A DNA stretch of 64,000 nucleotides, from positions 64,294,001-64,358,000 of the forward strand of contig NC_043003.1 of NCBI RefSeq assembly GCF_006345805.1, in the 5' to 3' direction. The translations under genes and the position numbers were made by a program. The stretch is from Octopus sinensis (Eukaryota). The first letter of the stretch is position 1. Each line of letters opens with the position of its first letter. Under the pieces are notes generated by a model. It was not told the origin of the DNA, searched no databases, and saw only the letters and a program-made list of their open reading frames with translations. Of the stretch, positions 51,812 to 63,987 are shown piece by piece.

Positions 51812-52582
51812 TCTTGTTTCAGTCATCTGACTGCAGCTATGCTGGAGCACCGCCTTTAGTCAAACAAATCGACCCTAGGACTTACTCTTTGTAAGCCTAC
51901 TACTTATTCTATTGGTCTCTTTTGCCGAACTGCTAAGTTACAGGGACGTACACACACCGGCATCAGTTGTTAAGCAATGGTGGGGGGACAAACACAGACA
52001 CACAAACATACACACGCACGCACACACACATGACGGGCTTCTTCCAGTTTCTGTCTACCAAATCCACTCACAAGGCTTTGGTCGGGCCGAGGCTATAGTA
52101 GGAGACGCTTGCTCAAGGACTGAACCCAGAACCATGTGGTTGGTAAGCAAGCTACTTACCACACAGCCACTCCTGTGCCTATGTTTGTTTATTTTTCATA
52201 ACTGTTGAACAATACCATCATTAAGCATGGCTGTGCTTCCCAACCGTGTGGTTCTGGGTTCAGTCCCACTGTATGGCACCATGGACAAGTGTCTTCTACT
52301 ATAACCTCAGGCCAACCAAAGCCTTATTTGTGGATTTGGTAGACAGAAACTGAAAGAAGCCCTTTGTATATATGTATATGCATGTGTGGTTGTGTCTGTG
52401 TTTGTCTCTTACCACTGTTTGACAACCGGTGTTGGTGTCTTTACATCCCCATAACTTAGTGATTTGGCAAAAGAGATTGGTAGAATAAGGACCAGGTTTT
52501 AAAAATTCGTACTGGGGTCAGATCATTCAACTAAACATTCAAGATGATGTCTCAGCATGGCCACAGCCTAATGACTGAAACA
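51812..52582. mobile_element. Head-to-head pair of family A SINEs (51812-52180 minus, 52222-52582 plus)
   Basis: Two near full-length inverted copies about 40 bp apart, starting 37 nt after the exon 7 donor. Confidence 0.9.
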
Positions 52583-55500
52583 TGTAACACATCAAGGATT
52601 AGTTACAAGTTGCAAGGGAGTGTTTGTAACTTGTTGCAGAACAAATATAGTAAAGAAAGTTTTTGAAGAGCACTGTTGTTTTTTTTATCCTTCCACTGAT
52701 GTTTGCATCCTTCACCAACTTACATAATGCACATCTGTAAAAGACACGCATATATGCACACACTCACACATGCACACACACACATATATCAATCAGGTTT
52801 CTATACAATTTCCAGCTGTCAATTTACTTCTCAAAGTATTGGTTGCCTCAGGGCTTTGTTAGAAAATTTGCTCAAAAGTGAAGAAAAAAAAACATGCCTG
52901 AGGTCAAACCTAAAAACACCTGCTTGTAAAAAAAAAACATCAGAAGCTTACAGTTATGACGTACTGTGTGTGTTTGTGTGTGTGTGTGTGTGTGTGTTAT
53001 TATGGTGTCACTGATAGAATCTGCGACATTATCATTTCTGGTTGGGCTACCACTGGTAACACTTGTTAGCATCTCTTGTCAACAAATTGTCTATTGCTTC
53101 TACCGTTTTAAACTCCTTTAGCTCCTTTTAGAACAAAAAACAATCCCTTATTGTTTGGTAACAATAAGCTGGTAACAGGAAATGCATCTGGCTGTAAAAA
53201 TCTTGCCTGAATTTCCTTCTGTCTAAGCTATGTTGGCATAGAAAACAGATTTTAAATGGAATAAACAGCTTAACTACATGGCTATTTTCCAAATATTTAT
53301 GAGAAATAAAGTATTATTTAAGATGTTTTTTGCTCATTACATTTTAGATTCTTTTGTTGTATGAATTCATATTTCTACATAGCTAATTTTTAAAATTATT
53401 TATTTCTTATTTAATTTTTTTGATTGGATTATATTTTCCAGGAAAATTTATCTTCAGTAGAGGCTAAATTTGTTCAGACATTCAGTTGCTAGTGGTTACT
53501 TGCTTCTAATGACACTCAAAGATGCAGAAATCTTGATTTAACAATTCCCTCATCACTGCTAGATGCTATTCTTCTGCTTCTGATAGACTTCTGTGTTTTT
53601 TAGCACTGTATGTGCTGGTGCCACGTAAAAAGCACTTGTATTGGCACTACATAAACACACCCATGCCAGTACTGCGTAAAAGCACCCAGTGCATTTTGTA
53701 AAGTGGTTGGCATTAGGAAGGGCATCCAAATATAGAAACCATGCCAAAACAGACATGGAGCTTGGTGCAGATTTCCAGCTTGCCAGCTCCTGTCAAACTG
53801 TCCAACCCATGCCAGCATGGAAAATGGATGTTAAATGATGATGATGATGTATATACAAGGTGTTTTCTTGAGACGATTATTATAATTTTGTGGCTTTCTA
53901 TAAATCCAAGTGGTACTATGTTGAGAAGAAGACCTATCAGACCAAGTAAAATTGCTGTCATGGCAGATACTGGTGTCATGCAAATGACTTGTAGAAGCAC
54001 CTATTACACTCTCAGAGTGGTTGGTGTTAGGAAAGCCATCCAACTGTAGAAACCATGCCAAATCAGCTGGAGTCTGGTGCAGCCTCCCAGCTTGCCAGCT
54101 CTGGTCAAACTGTCCAACCCATGCCAACATGGACAATGGACATTAAATGATGATGATAATGATGTCTGGCAATATGAGATTCTTGAGAAGATCTGCCCAC
54201 TTCAGTGAAACTGAGTTCTGGGAGTGATGTGTGTTCCACCCATATGTAACAATAAAATTTTTCACACACCCTGCTCCAACAAACCAATCATCTCTTTCTT
54301 ACATTTCCTCTTTATCTCTCACTCCCCAATCTTGTCCCCATTGCCTTGCTCACTGTATCATTGCTATCCTGTTGACCCCACCAGCACTACCACCTCTATA
54401 TACCCAGGTTTCACCAGTTACTACATTCCCATCCCATCACTCTTTGCATTCACATGAAGTCCCTACTCCCTATTCATGTACCATTAGCAATTCTCTACCA
54501 TCCCACTTATATTCTGATCCCCGTATCTTGAGGGTATGCCCTGGTACTTTGCCACTATCTCTCTCTCTCTCTCATGCTCCCTTGCTCTCTTCCACTCTCT
54601 CTCATTCTTGATCACATACTCTCTCTCCCTCTTTTTCTTGCTCTCTCCCTCTGATTGGGTAACCAGGTATCTCCTCTACAGCAAGGCACTTGTTTCTATC
54701 CCTCTGTTACATTCTAACTGCTCATCACCTTGCACAAAGCTACCTCCTCCAGTGACCCCCACCCCTTAAAGGATCTTTGTATTGCAAGTTATTTGGTGAC
54801 CCTGCCAGTTCTGGTGCCACATATAAAGCATCCAGTCCACTCTGCAAAGTGGTTGATGTGAGGAAGGCAACCAGCTGTAAGAACCATGCCAAAACAGACC
54901 GTGAAGCCTGGTGCCATCTTCTACCTAGCCATCTCCTCTCAAATCGTCTGATCCATGACAGCATGGAAAACAGACGTTAAATGATAATGGTGATGAGCCT
55001 CCTTGTTAAGTTGGATATTCAGATTGCTATTTTGAAAACTAATTCTTTTTCAGATACTAACAAAGAACTACATACAATATTCACATACAAAATGTGACCA
55101 CAACTGTATAAATAGCTTTTATTTTTTTTATCTGTTAGTGAAACTGTAATAAAAAAATTTTATGAAAATTGAAAGCATTCTAAAGTAGTAATCCATGAAG
55201 TAATGTTGATTAAAAATTTTTTTTTTATTCCCTTATGCAGCTAAGTGGAAAAAGGAAGGGCAATGTCCATGAGCTTTCTATAAAGCCTGTGACACTTGTG
55301 GGAAGAAGTTATCTACAGATCAGAAACCTTGACCAAATGCTTTCAATAGAGTGGACTATTCTAAAACCACCTTTGCAGAAGGTGGTGAAGGCCTGAACTG
55401 GGCAGAAGATTTAGTCTACCATCCAAAAGTGAATAATGGGGCTTCCATACAATTTTCATCAACCAAATGTCACAGACTTTAGTTAAGCTGAGTTTTTGAT

Positions 55501-56799
55501 AGGAAACACTTCTTAATGTGCTTGAAATGAAGTAGTTGAAAAGTGAACTTCTTGACTACACTGCTTTAATCGTGTCCATTAGTTAGGTAAAGATGATACT
55601 GGGGATTATTAGTTTAGCTGTGGATGTCTTTAGAATTATTCTCTATGAATCAGAATAAAGGAGATTCAAGGAGAAATAAATTATAGAGCTTAAAGAGTCC
55701 ATATTCTTGGGAAGAAAGTAATGTAACCGTTTCAAAAACTTTTATATATTATTTTATATATATTTCAAGGAAAATGAGGAAGTCAGAAAATGATTGATGA
55801 GTATTAAATTTAGCAACTTATTACATTCAATATTGCCATGGAAGAAGTAGTTTCCCGCTGCTGTAGATGAATGAAATGGGAATATGCATGCAAGCATGAC
55901 TGTGTCATTAAGAAATTCTCTTCACAGCCATATGATTCTCAGTTCAATCCCACCTTTACTCTGGTTTGACCAGTCTTGAGTGGAATTCAGTAGATTACAG
56001 CTATGCAGAACCTAACTGTATATGCACACACACACACACTGGTATACACACACGTGTGCACACATACACATGCACACACACATGCACAAACACATACATG
56101 CATATGCACACACATCATCATTGTCATTTAACATTCATTGTCCATGCTGGCATGGGTTGCACAGTTTGACCAGGACAGGAGAGCTGTGTCAGGTTCCAGC
56201 CTGATTTGGTCTTGTTTCTACAGTTGGATGCTTTTCCTAATGCCAACCACTTTACAGTATTTGCTGGGAGCTTTTTTATGTGGATCAACACAGACTGGCA
56301 TGGGTGCCATTTATGTAGATTGGCACTGGTGCTTTTTATAGTTGTATTTTACAGATTTAATGGTTTAGCAAAGAATCTCAAATTTCACTAATTCTGCAAC
56401 TCTTCTGGAACAAAGTATTTTGAATTTATAAATACATTTGAATTAGTGAAAATATTTTTGTGTGAATCAACTGTTTAGAATGAATCTGATTCATTAGTCA
56501 AACCAATTTCTCTATGGTATGTGGAATCAAAGAATTAGAGACAGACAGAGTAATTAAATTACCTCATTTCATCTTAAGTAATCACCATTATATAAAACTG
56601 CTTTATAATCAATATTTAAAAAAGTATATATATACATATAAGATTGTATAATAAGTATGTATGTAAAAATATATATAAACAACTGGAAGTTGAATGACTA
56701 ATATACAGTAGATAGGTACCTAATTAAGCCAAATAAATGTAATACATGAAAGATGTATTTGTAGATGTACTCTTAAACAAGGGCAAACAAATGTACCAA

Positions 56800-56840
56800 A
56801 GTCTGATGAAGGTTAAGCAGGCTGAAACTTTGAAGTCATT
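56800..56840 (+). ncRNA. Minimal type I hammerhead ribozyme motif (Penelope type), catalytic core intact
   Basis: agt-CTGATGA-AG gtt aagc agg CT-GAAA-CTT tg AAG-TC-att. Stem III ACTT/AAGT with 2-nt loop; GUC cleavage triplet (cut after 56837); stem I only 3 bp. Confidence 0.6.
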
Positions 56841-58014
56841 GTCAATACTTTTCTTGTTAAAGAATAATAGAGATATACTCTATTGAAAGTATTGAGTCAT
56901 CCTTGAGTTTGATGCAGAATTTTTTTTTTATTGTAATGTAACATAGAATAAACATTTATATCCATCCATCCATCCATTCATCTATCCACCTATCTATCTA
57001 TCTATCTATCACACACACACACACACACACACTGCTAGCTAGCTAGCTTTGTGTGTGTGTATAATGTATTATGAAGCAGCCATTACCCCTCAACATGGTT
57101 GGTGTTAGGAAGGGCTTCCAGCTGTAGAAACCATACCAAATCAGATTGGAGTTTGGTGCAACCTCTCCACTAGCCAGCCCTGGTCAAACCATCCAACCCA
57201 TGCCAGCATGGACAACAAACGTTAAATGTTGATGATGATTGATGAGTTATCAATCCACTTTTCCATACTTGTATGAGTCAGACATTTTGGTAAGAATTTG
57301 ATATATATGTACATTAATAGTGGGTGAAAAAACAGTGAAATGGTAAAAAATTGGATAGGAAGTTGCAAAAGAAGAAGATTAAAGATAATGTAAAAAAAAA
57401 AGAAAATTCATGTGCATCGTTTGACTGCTTTGGTTACTTTTGTAACTCTGTATGTTTGTGTGCAGCTCACCTTTTCTCTGCCTCCCATCCTGTTCCTTTC
57501 CATAGAACTGCATTTCCGCCTCTCCTCTAACTGCTTCTGTATTTGTATATTTATTTTTTCCAGTTATCTTTTCTCTATCTTTTTTTTTTTTCTTTACTAT
57601 CTTTCTTTTTTTTGCTGAAGTACTAACATCTGAAACACCAAGACACTTGAATCTCTTTTTAACCATCTGTAAAAGCTTGAGCCTCTCACACACACACACA
57701 CACACACACCTTAATATTTAGTTTAGTTTAAGGCAGTGAGATGGCAGAAACGTTAGCACACCAGGCGAAATGCTTAGCAGTATTGTGTCTGTCTTTACGT
57801 TCTGAGTTCAAATTCCCAGAAAGTCGACTTTGCCGTTTATCTTTTCGGAGTCAATAAATTAAGTACCAGTTGCATACTGGGGTTGATCTAATCGGCTGCC
57901 CTCCACTCCCCAAAAATTTTGGGCCTTGTGCCTAGAGTAGAAAAGAATATTTAGTTTAAGTGTTTCTAGTTTTCTACTTTTCCATTGTCACATATCTTTT
58001 TTTTTTTTTTGTAG

Positions 58015-58140
58015 ATATCAACCAGCGATATTTTGTTGACTGTGGTGGCCTTGTTCTTGTGGTCAACTTGTTCATTGAATCTCCTGAAAATACAGAACTA
58101 CGATCTGCTTTAAAGTATGTCCTACAGATTTGTGTCCCAG
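58015..58140 (+). CDS. TERB1: TERB1-like exon 8 (DINQRYFVDCGGLVLVVNLFIESPENTELRSALKYVLQICVP)
   Basis: Poly-T gtAG acceptor, GTAAAA donor; 126 nt, phase 1-1. Matches TERB1 EENQYDLFKNNGLPLMIQALTESQNEELNKAATFVLHNC. Confidence 0.9.
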
Positions 58141-59489
58141 GTAAAAATGATTTTTTTTCATTATATATCAATATCTAAGGTGGCAAGCTGGCAGAATTGT
58201 TAGCCTGCTGGATGAAATGCTTAACGATATTTCGCTCATTGCTACTTTCCGAGTTCAAATTCTGCCGAGGTTGACTTTGCCTTTCATCCTTTCAGGGTCA
58301 ATGAAATAAGTACCAGTGAAAAATCGGGGTCATTGTAATTGACTAGTTCCCTCTTCCCCACAAAATTTCAGGCCTTGTGCTCATAGTAGAAAGGATTATA
58401 TATCTATATTCAAATCATTCTAAGACCAACTTTCCCCTTCATCACTCCAAGGTTCATGATAACTAAGAAACAGTCAAATACTGGTCAATAATATCAGCCA
58501 ACCCTTTCCCTCAAAATTGCTACCTTTCTGCTTCAATTAAAATCATCATCATCATCGTTTAACGTCCACTTTTCATGCTGGCATGGGTTGGATGGTTTGA
58601 CTGAGGACTGGTGAGCCAGAAGGCTGCACCTGGCTCAATCTGATCTGGCAAAGTTTCTACAGCTGGATGCCCTTCTTAACAGCAACCACTCTGAGAGTGT
58701 AGTGGGTGCTTTTACGTGCCACTTGCATGAGGGCCAGTCAGGCAGTTCTGGCAACGACCACGCTAAAAAGGTGTTTTTTACATGCTACCTGCACAGGAGC
58801 CAGTCCAGCAGCACTGGCAACAACCATGCTCGAATGTTGTTTTTTGTGTCCCACTGGCACGTGCCAGTAAGGTGACACTGGCAATGATCATGCTTGAATG
58901 GTACTTTTCACGTGCCACTGGCATGGGAGCCAATCCATGGGTGCAGTATTGTTTCACTTCATAGCTTTTACCTGGCCCTGTGTATAAGTAACACTGCAGT
59001 TTTATGCAGTGAGATTGAGTATAAAATAGGGCAACTTATCCATGAGTAAATGCATAATGAGCAACTCTGGCAATGTAACAGAAAACTGGTATCTAAACAA
59101 GAACACATACACTATGTATGTGCAAGCAATAACATATATATATATATTCATTTCATAGGGGACTGGCTCCTGTACAGCTGGCACATAAAAAACACCCACT
59201 ACACTCTCGGAGTGGTTGGCATAAGGAAGGGCATCCAGCTGTAGAAACTTTGCCAGATCAGATTGGAGATTGGTGCAGCCATTTGGCTTGCCAGCCCTCA
59301 ATCAAACCGTCCAACCCATGCCAGCATGGAAAGCAGACGTTAAACGACGACGACAACACTGGGGGTGGGGGCACTGCCCTGCGTGGCTTATCATGGGGTT
59401 AAACTTAGAACTAATAACTGCAAAGCAAAACATCATAAAGACATTATTATATTCAGCACAGAAAGTGATAGAAAAATATTTAGTTGATA

Positions 59490-59830
59490 ATTTACTCATA
59501 GACGAAGTGGTGAGAAAGGATCTTTGGATGCTGGGCCTCACTGAGGAAATGACAAAGGACCAAAAGATGTGGTGGTTTGTTGTACTTGATAAGATACACC
59601 AAGCTAAGTAAACTCACTGACTTCCATATATGCTGGCTTGTCCTTTACAAGTGCCAGTGCCACATAAAAGGCACCTGTGCCAGTAGCACATAAACAGCCC
59701 TCAGCACATACTGTAAAGTGGATAGCATCCAGCCATAGGAACCATGCCACAACAGACAATTGGTGTCAGGCCAGCTGGGAGCTGGCCAGTTCTGTTAGAC
59801 CATCCAACCCATGCCAGTATGGAAAGTAGA
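59490..59830 (+). mobile_element. RTE ORF2 end joined to the abundant 3' UTR
   Basis: DEVVRKDLWMLGLTEEMTKDQKMWWFVVLDKIHQAK* followed by ggcacataaaag...catccagc...ccaacccatgccag..ggacattaaacgacgatgatg. Confidence 0.8.
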
Positions 59831-61939
59831 CATTAAACGACGATGATGAGTTACTCCTAGCCATGCTAAATGAACAGTCTATGCTTTCAGTTGTTCATGG
59901 GGAAAGCTACTATGGTAATAATATGGTAGTTGCATAAATTTCTAATGAGATTAGACAGCTTCCAAATTAGAAACAAAAACACTCAATGCTATTATTGTAG
60001 GCAGTAAGATGGCAGAATCTTTGGCATGTCAGACAAAATGCTTAATGATATTTCTTTTTGGCTCTTTGCATTCTGAGTTCAAATCTCATTGAAGTCAGTT
60101 TTTCCTTTCATCCATTTGGGGGCCAATAAAATCAAATACCAGTCAAGTATTAGGATTGACTTGTCCCCTCCCTTCAAAATAGCTGGCCTTGTACCTTGCA
60201 GTGGACCAGCATCCAGGGAAAATGTCATGCCAGCCCCACTGCCCTGACCGACTCCTGTGCTGGTGGCATGTAAAAAGCATCATCCGAGCATGGCCAATGC
60301 CAGTGCCACCTGACTTGCTCCTGTGCCAGTAGCATGTAAAAAGTACCAACTGCACTCTCAGAGTGGTTGGCGTTAGGAAAGGGATCAAGCTGTAAAAACA
60401 TTTCCGGATCAGATTGGAACCTGGTGCGGCCTCCGGGCTTGCCAGTCCCCAGTCAAACCGTCCAACCCATGCCAGCATGGAAAACGTACGTTAAACGATG
60501 ATGATGATGACGATTGCCACTTATTCACTGTAGAAACTGTGTAACTGATCTTATGAGTCCCTAAGCTCAATATTAAATATGGTTTGGCTTCATTGACTGA
60601 GAAATAGGGAATACATTTTTTCCCTCCCATCCGATATCCTTCATTAACAAACTCTTCTTTTAATTGACCTCAATTTATTTGATTTCAATTCAGATTGAAA
60701 ACCTGCTGCTAATGGTGGTATTTAACTGTTGCTCAGACTGGTAAAGAAGGTGTATGATTTAAAATGTTCTAACCTTGAATATCTCAGAATTTTATATATC
60801 AGGGTTATAGTGTCCATTGTATTTATTATATTAGGGTATTATTTGAGAGAGAGTGAGTTTAATAGATATTTCTAGCAGGTTAGACGTTCTTGGTTCGGAG
60901 ACAGGGGTTGAGGAAACATGTTACAAGGGAAATAACTCTATTTTAAAAATAACTTTTATATAGTGTTCTGTCCCTTGTTAACGTATAAACCTGCATAAAT
61001 TTAATAGTAGTTAATGTTTAATACAACTCGAAACAAAAATAAAGTTTTTACGATAAGATTATAAGAACAATGGTAGTTAACATTATCATTCATTATCAAA
61101 ATAAAAGTTTACTTCTTCTATTTTGATTTTCTATTAAAAATTTTTTTATAGTACATAACAATTAGAGCATGAAAGACACTTTGACTATTCAGAAACACTC
61201 AAAAATTGTTAATATCACTTAAACATTTCTTATTGTTTGGTGTCAAAATTATCATCGCTCTTATTGTAAACCAGATTACTGACATGGTCCTGCTGCAACT
61301 GGTTTGAGGCGAGGCTGTTTGTCAGTATATGTGGGTTTCAGAGTTATTAATATAGTAGAATTTAAAGGATCTACTTCTGAGAAAGATATTGTATGCTTTT
61401 GGTAAGGCACGAGCACTGAACTACTATCTCTGCTTGGTTCTGGAAAAACTGCTTCAGCTACTACAAATCAATTGTTTCTAAAATTTTTTTGTATTTAATT
61501 TGAAGTGAGAAAATTAATCTCTCTCTCACATTAATGGATGGTGGAAACAGTTTATCAACATTGACAAAACAAAACTTTGTTTTTTGTTTTGAAAGGATCT
61601 TAACAGCTTTTAATAATTACAAGTATAAAACGGTTTGTCAGGATGAAGTCTTACATTAGTAAAGAATTGGTTTATTTTGAACAAAAACTAAAAAGAGAAA
61701 GAAATAGGTGTGGGCATGTCTGTGCAGTTAAGAAACTCATTTTGCATCTATCTGGTCTCAGGTTCAATCCTATTGTGCAACAACTGGGGCAAGTGTCTTC
61801 TACAATAGCCTGAAGCTGACTTTATGAGTGAATTTGGTTGACAGATATTGTGTGGAAGCCTGTCTATAATTGCATATATGTATCTTTGTTTTTATTCCCT
61901 CTTCTGCTTGATAATCAGTGTTGACTATACTCTGTAACT

Positions 61940-62245
61940 GCCCATGGGCATATAGCTTAGTAGATAAGAGCACAGACTACTAGCCCTCGGATTCTAAGTT
62001 CAATCACAGGTAGGGACTTGAAAAATAATATCAACAGAAATATAACATCAGCCACATACCTTAGGAATGAGAACAGTGTACCCCATTAGTCAAATAAAGG
62101 GCTGGGTTCAAAATTCCATCAGAACACATGATGAAGGTTGGAGAGTACATCAGCCGAAACATTGTGATAGCAACAAACAAGATGAAGACACCTATCCGTC
62201 CATTGTAAATAATGTACGTAATTCCTCATCTCAAAAATATAGAAT
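61940..62245 (+). mobile_element. tRNA-headed SINE-like element containing a degenerate PLE-type hammerhead (62123-62168)
   Basis: Head gcatatagcttagtagataagagc...agttcaatc; aacac-ATGATGA-AGGTTG gagagtacat CAGCC-GAAA-C-ATT-GTGAT; tail gtaaataatgta. Confidence 0.75.
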
Positions 62246-62619
62246 AATTCAGTGTTTACTTGTTAGTGTTCTCGTGAATTGACTTTCTGGCCAAGGAGGC
62301 TGATAAAATAAGTCCCAGACTTAAAATAAGTACTAGAGTTAATTACTTCGGCTAAACCCTTCAAAGTGGTGCTCCAGCTTGGCTGCAGTTCAAAGACTGA
62401 AATAAGTAAAAGAAGAAGAAAAAAAAAATGGCGAAAATATTAAATTCTGCAATTTAAATTTTCGATCATATGAGATGAGTACTTAAGTAATGTTAACAGA
62501 AAATATTTAACATCTGGGATGTTGCAATAGTCACAAATAATAAAATAAAAAGAAAAGAAATAATTAATTGGAAAAAGTAGATAAAAAAAAAAGAGTTAAT
62601 CTTGAATAAATATCTTATT

Positions 62620-63027
62620 AACACCCACAAAATTATTAACCATCGTGCCAACAACAGCCATGAGCACCTTTTTGAGCTCCATCTGTCTAACACACGTGAG
62701 CATGCCTACAAAGTCAGAAAACAGCACAGCTCTCCATGACTTTCGGAAACAGTTTTTCACACTCAGAGTTGCTGAAACATGGAACAAACTACCTGCATCA
62801 GTTGTTAGTTGCTGAGACATTGCATCCTTTAAAACCTCCATGCTTCCTGAAATTTGCCAACACCACACCTGATATTTGGCCCACCTCTATACACACATAC
62901 ACATGTACATCATGACTTGTACACTGTTCATTTCCCTGACTTTTGTACATAATCCTATGTACGATACATGCTCCTTTGATGAGTTGGAGTGCACCTGATC
63001 ACCATACACAATAATTTCATTATTATC
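62620..63027 (+). mobile_element. CR1 LINE 3' end
   Basis: HKIINH...LFELHLSNTREHAYKVRKQHS / DFRKQFFTLRVAETWNKLPASVVSC*DIASFK matches the CR1 TRGHxxKL...RxxFFxxRVxxxWNxLP motif; one frameshift. Confidence 0.85.
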
Positions 63028-63750
63028 ATTTTAATTGCCTTAAAATGATAGTGTTTATGAAAGAATTTGACATACTGTGCAGGCATGGCTCTGTGGAAGA
63101 AGCCTGCTTTCTAACCGTGTAGTTTCTGTTTCAATTTTTTTCTGCAGCTCCTTGGACAAGTGTGTTTTACTCTAATGGGAAGCAATTATAATAAAGCATT
63201 AGAGGAATGAGTACAATTTAGGTTAGTTGAAATATGTTTGTTACATATTTCAACTGCTAAAAGGCAAATACACTGCAGTTACTATAGAGAAAAAAATCTC
63301 CCTTATGGCAAAAAGGTGTGAAAACACCTGGTCTGTTCAGTGTCCATTAGGAATCCCCGACAACGATGTTTCGAGTTTTTTGACTCTTGTCGATGAGATG
63401 TACCTAAGAGAGGCAACTCTGGATGACCTTAATAAGGTCGTAGCTTTTAATGAAAGACTGCTTCGCGTTAATGCTTCATCGTGTTTTTTCAATAGAGGAA
63501 TATATCAGTCATCATTGAAGTTATGTAATACATATATTGTAGATTACAGGCATTTATATTTTACATTGGCTGTGGTCATGTTGGGGCACTGCCTAGAGAG
63601 GTTTTTAATTAAACAAATTGATCTCAGTACTTATTTTTTTAGTGTCTCACAGTGTCTTTTGCCAAACTGATAAGTTACGGCGACATAAACAAACAAATAT
63701 TGGTTGTCAAGTGGTGGAAGAACTGACATGAACACACAGACACACACACA

Positions 63751-63987
63751 CAGGGTGGCCCAAAAGTAGCTTTACAGTTATTCAACTATCTCTTTCGCAT
63801 CCATATATTAACAGTTTAGATCTTAATTATAAAACAAAATATGAAACCATTATTCTATGCTAATTTAGTTAATTTTGTCAAGCTCCCTTTTCAGTTTGTA
63901 ACACAGAAATTTAAATGTAATAAAATGTTTTAAAATAAATTTAAAGGGCCTATATGATAATTGTAAACTTACTTTGGGGCCACCCTG
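63751..63987. mobile_element. Tc1/mariner MITE
   Basis: TIRs CAGGGTGGCCCAAAAGTAGCTTTACAGTT / AATTGTAAACTTACTTTGGGGCCACCCTG; TA on the right, CA repeat on the left. Confidence 0.88.

Noticed and set aside
61405-61470. Plus-strand LLGSGKT as a P-loop
   Set aside because: Lacks the GxxxxGK spacing, the frame is short and stop-bounded, and there is no other NTPase motif.
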